Source: Promethearchaeota archaeon
Lineage (GTDB): Archaea > Asgardarchaeota > Lokiarchaeia > Sigyniarchaeales > SOKP01
Reading direction: 5' to 3'
Assembly (NCBI GenBank): GCA_016839585.1
Contig: JAEOTZ010000032.1
Location: forward strand, 1 to 21,742
DNA: 21,742 bases
Shown here: positions 16,943-21,742 of the stretch, one piece after another
How positions within the stretch are numbered: position 1 is the stretch's first letter
Layout of the letters: the number at the start of each line of letters is the position of its first letter
Program-made: the position numbers and the translations under genes
Notes under the pieces: model-generated
What the model saw: the letters and a program-made list of their open reading frames with translations, nothing else
Told to the model about the DNA's origin: nothing
The model's database searches: none

Positions 16943-17962
16943 ATGGGTCATCGTAAAAAGCACGCCCCCAGACATGGGTCATTAGCATACCTTCCTAGAA
17001 AAAGGGCTTTACAAATAAAGGGTAGAGTAAGACATTGGTTAGATAATTCAGAAAATATTAATTTTCTTGGATTTGCTGGTTTCAAAGCAGGAATGACTCA
17101 TATAACATATATTCAAGATCAAAGAAATAGTCCTTACTATGGAAAGGAATTAATGAAACCTGTAACAGTTATAGAGGTTCCACCTCTAATCCTAATAGGG
17201 ATTAGAATATATAATAAAGATGAATATGGAAAATATATTAGTGGTGAAATATTCACTAATGATTTTAATAATTTCTTAACGCGAAAAATTAATATCCCAA
17301 ACACTGAAGGATATAATTTGAAGAAGATCAAAAAAGAGATATTAGCAAACTTAAATGAAACTAGTGATATCAGAGGTATCTTTCAAACGCAACCTTATAA
17401 AACCTCTTTACCGAGGAAGAAACCAGATATTATTGAAATCAAAGTAAACTCACTAAAAAAACCAGAAGAGGAGTTTAATTTCGCTTTACAAAATCTAGGT
17501 AAAGAAATTAGAGCTCGAGAAGTTTTGGAAGAAGGAGAATTGATTGATGTAATTGGTGTAACTAAAGGAAAAGGTTTCCAGGGTCCTGTAAAGAGATTTG
17601 GAGTTAAAATCTTAACAAGAAAAAATAGTAAAATAAGAAGAGCTGTAGCTTGTATCGGTCCTTGGCACCCAAGTAGAGTACTTTATACTGTACCTCGTGC
17701 TGGACAATTAGGATTTCATCAGAGGACTGAATATCATAAAAGAATTATGCTGATAGGTGAAAATGAGGAGGAAATTAATCCAAAGGGAGGGTTTATCCGA
17801 TATGGAAAGATACAAGGAGATTATTTATTAATGTTAGGATCCATTCCTGGATCAAAGAAAAGGTTAATCAGAATAAGAAAAACAATCAGACCATTAAGAT
17901 CATTCATTCTTCAACCTCCAGAAATTACTTTTATTAGCCGTGAAAGTCACCAAAGGAAGTAA
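16943..17962 (+). CDS. rpl3: 50S ribosomal protein L3 (uL3)
   Basis: APRHGSLAYLPRKR, FAGFKAGMTH, TKGKGFQGPVKRFG, PRAGQLGFHQRTE. Confidence 0.98.
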   Translation: MGHRKKHAPRHGSLAYLPRKRALQIKGRVRHWLDNSENINFLGFAGFKAGMTHITYIQDQRNSPYYGKELMKPVTVIEVPPLILIGIRIYNKDEYGKYISGEIFTNDFNNFLTRKINIPNTEGYNLKKIKKEILANLNETSDIRGIFQTQPYKTSLPRKKPDIIEIKVNSLKKPEEEFNFALQNLGKEIRAREVLEEGELIDVIGVTKGKGFQGPVKRFGVKILTRKNSKIRRAVACIGPWHPSRVLYTVPRAGQLGFHQRTEYHKRIMLIGENEEEINPKGGFIRYGKIQGDYLLMLGSIPGSKKRLIRIRKTIRPLRSFILQPPEITFISRESHQRK

Positions 17963-17984
17963 AATCTAAATATAATGTGATTTT

Positions 17985-18773
17985 ATGGACAAAATTAATA
18001 TATATAATTTAGATGGAAAAAAAAAAGGACTGGTTGATAAACCACAAATATTTAATATTAAACCAAGAAAAGATCTTATTCAAAAAGCAATAGAAATCTC
18101 TCAAAGTAGAAAAAAACAAATTCAAGGAAGAAATAAAAAAGCAGGATTAAAAAATACTGCAGAAAGTTGGGGGACTGGCCATGGGCTATCTAGAGCTCCA
18201 AGAATAAAAGGATCTGGGTTTACTACTGCTAGACATGTAGGAAGAGTTCCATTTGCTGTAGGTGGGAGACGTACACATCCGATTAAAACCGAGAAAAATC
18301 TTAAAAAAAAGATAAACAAAAAGACAAATAAATTATCTATAATGTCTGCTATTTCTGCTTCTGGATATAAATCATGGGTTAAAGAAAGAGGTCATGTAAT
18401 AGATAATGTTCCTGAAATTCCATTGGTTATTGATGACAAAATACAATCAATTAAAAAAACAGCCAAAGCTTACTCAATTTTATGCAGTTTGGGATTAGAA
18501 GAAGAACTGGTTAAGAATAAAAATAGTAAAAAGATTCGAGCAGGAAAAGGAAAAAGAAGAGGACGCAAGTACAAAAAGAAAAGAGGAATATTACTCGTCA
18601 TTAAGGATGATTTTGGAATAATTAAAGCTTCAAAAAATATTCCCGGGATAGAGATAATAAAAATTGAAAACATATCAATCGATGATCTGGCACCCGGAGG
18701 TTCATCAGGACGATTGTTATTATGGACTCAATCTGCTTTTTCTGAGTTGAATCACTATGAGGTGCCAATTTAA
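17985..18773 (+). CDS. rpl4: 50S ribosomal protein L4 (uL4)
   Basis: TAESWGTGHGLSRAPRIKG, GGRRTHP, IRAGKGKRRGRKY, LAPGG..GRL..WT. Confidence 0.98.
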   Translation: MDKINIYNLDGKKKGLVDKPQIFNIKPRKDLIQKAIEISQSRKKQIQGRNKKAGLKNTAESWGTGHGLSRAPRIKGSGFTTARHVGRVPFAVGGRRTHPIKTEKNLKKKINKKTNKLSIMSAISASGYKSWVKERGHVIDNVPEIPLVIDDKIQSIKKTAKAYSILCSLGLEEELVKNKNSKKIRAGKGKRRGRKYKKKRGILLVIKDDFGIIKASKNIPGIEIIKIENISIDDLAPGGSSGRLLLWTQSAFSELNHYEVPI

Positions 18774-18774
18774 T

Positions 18775-19038
18775 ATGGAGAGATTTTATAAAATTATTAA
18801 AAGACCTTTAATTACAGAAAAAACATTTGATTTAATTGAAAAAGAAAATAAGTTAGTTTTTATTGTTGACCGATTATCAAATAAAAACCAGATAAAAAAA
18901 GCTTTTGAAAAAATTCATAATGTGAGGGTAATTAAAGTTAATACAATGATCACTACTCAAGGAGAAAAAAAAGCGTTTATTAAACTTCATCCTGATAACT
19001 CTGCTCAAGATATTGCAATTGACTTAGGAATTTTCTAG
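18775..19038 (+). CDS. rpl23: 50S ribosomal protein L23 (uL23)
   Basis: IIKRPLITEK..ENKLVFIVD..NKNQIK..KVNTMIT..GEKKAFIKL. GAGGTG SD at 18759-18764 supports the ATG at 18775. Confidence 0.97.
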   Translation: MERFYKIIKRPLITEKTFDLIEKENKLVFIVDRLSNKNQIKKAFEKIHNVRVIKVNTMITTQGEKKAFIKLHPDNSAQDIAIDLGIF

Positions 19039-20157
19039 ATAAGAACTATTTTTAAGTGTTTTAAAATTAAAGGTTGAGAATTCATCGTGATGCATTATCT
19101 TAATTTTCTTTAATAGTTTAATCTCTTTAATTTCTAATAATTTATCATATTCTTTCTCATTTAATATTAAAATGTAGATAAAGTATTTAGAATGATAGTG
19201 TTCAATTATTTTCCTTATTAAATTAGAATCCAACAGAGTTAATACTAAAAATATACACCATTGTTCGATAAATATTAAATGTTTACTTAATCTTTTAAAT
19301 TCAATTTGATTATTTAATAAATTCAGTTCAAATTTGCTATTAAATGACATAAGCTCTGAAAGGGTATTTTGATCTTCAGACAAAAATAGATCTTTTAAAT
19401 CTTCTAATAAGTAAAAATTATCAGAGATTCCCAATCTCCATAAAAACTTGAAAAGATCTTTTATATTTATTTTTAACTTTTCCAATAAGGCTATATTAAA
19501 AAAAAGATTTACATTTTTTTCAATGCTATTTAAATCTTCATATAATTTACTCTCTTCTACAAAATAGGACAGAATTTTTATATTATCACTAAAATCTACT
19601 TTAATATGAAAAATCAAAAAACCGCTTCGATTATAATTATTAATTATATTTAGAAAACAATAGATAAAAGAAGTTTTCTCGTCAATTCTTTCCAAATTTA
19701 TTCTATAGAAATCCAACCTTCTAGGATTCTTATTATCCTTAATTAGAATCGTGTCTGAATTTTTCGATATATGTATATTAGATTCAAAACCATTTAGAAG
19801 TATAGCTAAAAATTCTTTTTCTAAATCGTTATTTCTTAAAAATTTAATTAAAATCCCATCTTTATTTAATGTTTCATAAACAATATTAAACGATTTTGTA
19901 ATCCTATCTTTTTCAATATCCTCAAAATTTATTACCACTATCTTTTTATTATTATCTCTAGTATTCAATTGTATTGAGAAATATTTTATATACTTCTCAA
20001 TTAGAAATTTACTCAAAATTGAAATTAATGGATAAAACTTTTTCACTTCAATGAAAGTAAACGCTATAAATTTTTTAGGATTGATTAAATTTTTATAAAA
20101 AATTAAATGTTCATCAACTAAATATGATAATAATCCATATTTACCTTTTTTACCCAT
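19024..20157 (-). CDS. Hypothetical protein (377 aa)
   Basis: Long ORF, alpha/beta pattern, no recognised motif; overlaps the rpl23 3' end by 15 nt. Confidence 0.7.
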   Translation of the reverse strand: MGKKGKYGLLSYLVDEHLIFYKNLINPKKFIAFTFIEVKKFYPLISILSKFLIEKYIKYFSIQLNTRDNNKKIVVINFEDIEKDRITKSFNIVYETLNKDGILIKFLRNNDLEKEFLAILLNGFESNIHISKNSDTILIKDNKNPRRLDFYRINLERIDEKTSFIYCFLNIINNYNRSGFLIFHIKVDFSDNIKILSYFVEESKLYEDLNSIEKNVNLFFNIALLEKLKINIKDLFKFLWRLGISDNFYLLEDLKDLFLSEDQNTLSELMSFNSKFELNLLNNQIEFKRLSKHLIFIEQWCIFLVLTLLDSNLIRKIIEHYHSKYFIYILILNEKEYDKLLEIKEIKLLKKIKIMHHDEFSTFNFKTLKNSSYLENS

Positions 20158-20248
20158 CTCGTAAATTATTTTAGCATAAATTATATAAACATAGACATTT
20201 TGTTAAAATCAATATCAATTTTACTATAAATTAAATTATAATCTATTT

Positions 20249-21523
20249 ATGGTTATAAAATTGCTAGAATCTATTAAAGCATTTTTAACTAGTTTAAATC
20301 CAGATATCATAGTTCAAGCACCATCCAGAATTAATTTAATTAATCCATTAGATGCTGTAGAGGGAGATTTCTGGATGCCTTCTGTAGCAATTAATGGAGA
20401 AAACGATCCTTTATCTGCTTTTCTTTATATCAAGAAAATTAACAATGAAAGTAGAGTGAAGTTGTTTAATATAAGAAAAAAACATCAAAATTATGATTTT
20501 GAGATAATAAAAGAAGAAATCCTTCCTAAGAATAGGAATGATATTAAAAAAAAGAGCTCTGGAGAACTTAAATTAATATATGCAAGTATTAATAAATTTC
20601 TTGAAATGAATTCATGTTTTAACTATAAGTTTTTAAATTCCAATATTGAAATTGGTTTTTTTACAACTATACCTAAACAAAGTGGATTGGGAGGGAGTAC
20701 AGCAATAATAATAGCAATAATCTATGGTCTCGCTAAATATTTCAATTTATATAATAATTTAACAAAGTTAAGAGAGAATGAATTTCCTATCAATAAAGAT
20801 ACGATTGCTGAAATGGCCACAAAAATAGAAGATGAAGATTTGCAGATCACAGCTGGTTATTCTGATAGATATGTAATAAGCAGGGGAGGTTTATGTTTTT
20901 GTTCCTATTATGGTAAGTTAAATCATAAAAAACTTTCAATGGAACCTTTAGCAGTGTATGATAGAATCGATAAGGTATATAAGATAAATGATTTGCCCAT
21001 AATTGTTTGCTTCTCTGGTGTATTTCACAAAAGCGGCGATGTACATGCAAGATTAAGGAAACTTTATCTAAAAAAAGATCCTAGAACCATAAATGGATAT
21101 TTTAAATTAGCGGAAATATCTTGGAAATCGCGATTTGCTATAATGAAACAAGATTGGAAATTATTAGGCAAATATTTCAAAGAAAATACTGAAATAATGA
21201 ATCAAATAATGAAAAATGCGGGTTTTGAATATGGGATTGGATTAGCAAATAATATTTTAATAAGAGTTATTGAAGAAAACCCAGAAGTGTATGCTGCTAA
21301 ATTAACTGGAGCAGGAGGTGGTGGCTCAGTTTTTGCCTTAGTTAATCCTGATAAAAAGCAAGAAATTTTAAACTATTGGGAAAAAAAAGTATATGAAATC
21401 ATTGAAAATAATGATATTTTTTCTTCTGTTTTTCCAAATTTCCCATCTAATATTAGATTTAAGCTTAAAAATGCGAAGTTCTATAAAATCATAATTGATA
21501 GAGATGGTGTGAAAAGATTATAA
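20249..21523 (+). CDS. GHMP-family sugar kinase (HddA/fucokinase/glucuronokinase-like)
   Basis: Motif I APSRINL, motif II IPKQSGLGGS, motif III AKLTGAGGGGS. Confidence 0.88.
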   Translation: MVIKLLESIKAFLTSLNPDIIVQAPSRINLINPLDAVEGDFWMPSVAINGENDPLSAFLYIKKINNESRVKLFNIRKKHQNYDFEIIKEEILPKNRNDIKKKSSGELKLIYASINKFLEMNSCFNYKFLNSNIEIGFFTTIPKQSGLGGSTAIIIAIIYGLAKYFNLYNNLTKLRENEFPINKDTIAEMATKIEDEDLQITAGYSDRYVISRGGLCFCSYYGKLNHKKLSMEPLAVYDRIDKVYKINDLPIIVCFSGVFHKSGDVHARLRKLYLKKDPRTINGYFKLAEISWKSRFAIMKQDWKLLGKYFKENTEIMNQIMKNAGFEYGIGLANNILIRVIEENPEVYAAKLTGAGGGGSVFALVNPDKKQEILNYWEKKVYEIIENNDIFSSVFPNFPSNIRFKLKNAKFYKIIIDRDGVKRL

Positions 21524-21568
21524 TCTATTAAAAATAAATTATATTTAGATAAATACTGCAGAGTTATT

Positions 21569-21742
21569 ATGAGCAAATTCGATAGATACCAAAAAAAAGC
21601 TGAAGAATATGTTTATCCACATAAACATTGTAAAAAATGTGGTCAAATGATAAATGAGGGTATTTCCTATTGTCCTGAATGTTATCAAGAGATGAAGAAT
21701 AAGAAAAGGAAGAAAAGATTTTGGAGGAAAAAAACCCCTAAA
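21569..21742 (+). CDS. DUF2116-like Zn-ribbon protein (partial, runs off the window)
   Basis: My translation, absent from the ORF track: MSKFDRYQKKAEEYVYPHKHCKKCGQMINEGISYCPECYQEMKNKKRKKRFWRKKTPK. Contains the PHKHCxxCG..CxxC signature. Confidence 0.75.
   Translation, partial: MSKFDRYQKKAEEYVYPHKHCKKCGQMINEGISYCPECYQEMKNKKRKKRFWRKKTPK

Noticed and set aside
18757-18774. Upstream start (MRCQFN) for rpl23
   Set aside because: It overlaps rpl4 and contains the SD for the ATG at 18775.
816-21050. Short antisense ORFs in the track (816, 1188, 7245, 10546, 12305, 13412, 14757, 17137, 18122, 18470, 20847)
   Set aside because: All lie opposite better-supported genes and show no motifs; shadow ORFs.

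Overview
AT-rich archaeal window, most likely Asgard (Lokiarchaeia-like). This is inferred from the archaeal 16S 5' end, archaeal r-proteins, Cdc6/Orc1 and TFB, plus a cluster of Roadblock, MglA-type GTPase, V4R and DENN-like genes. Contents in order: 5' part of a 16S rRNA gene (- strand) with its promoter and leader; an operon of tandem-Roadblock protein, cDENN-like protein and MglA-like GTPase, converging on a second MglA paralogue; a divergent TFB; tRNA-Glu(CUC) with a D-loop intron; rps17e; cdc6/orc1 with a wHTH gene and an A24 prepilin peptidase; a V4R protein; a type IV pilus-like TadC/pilin/ATPase cluster; rpl3-rpl4-rpl23; a GHMP kinase. The standout non-ORF signal is an unannotated RNA at 3492-3603 (-). 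It looks like a dual-guide box C/D RNA enclosed in a canonical bulge-helix-bulge (BHB) splicing motif outside any tRNA. Its predicted D+5 targets correspond to the LSU sites methylated in yeast as Am2256 and Gm2288.
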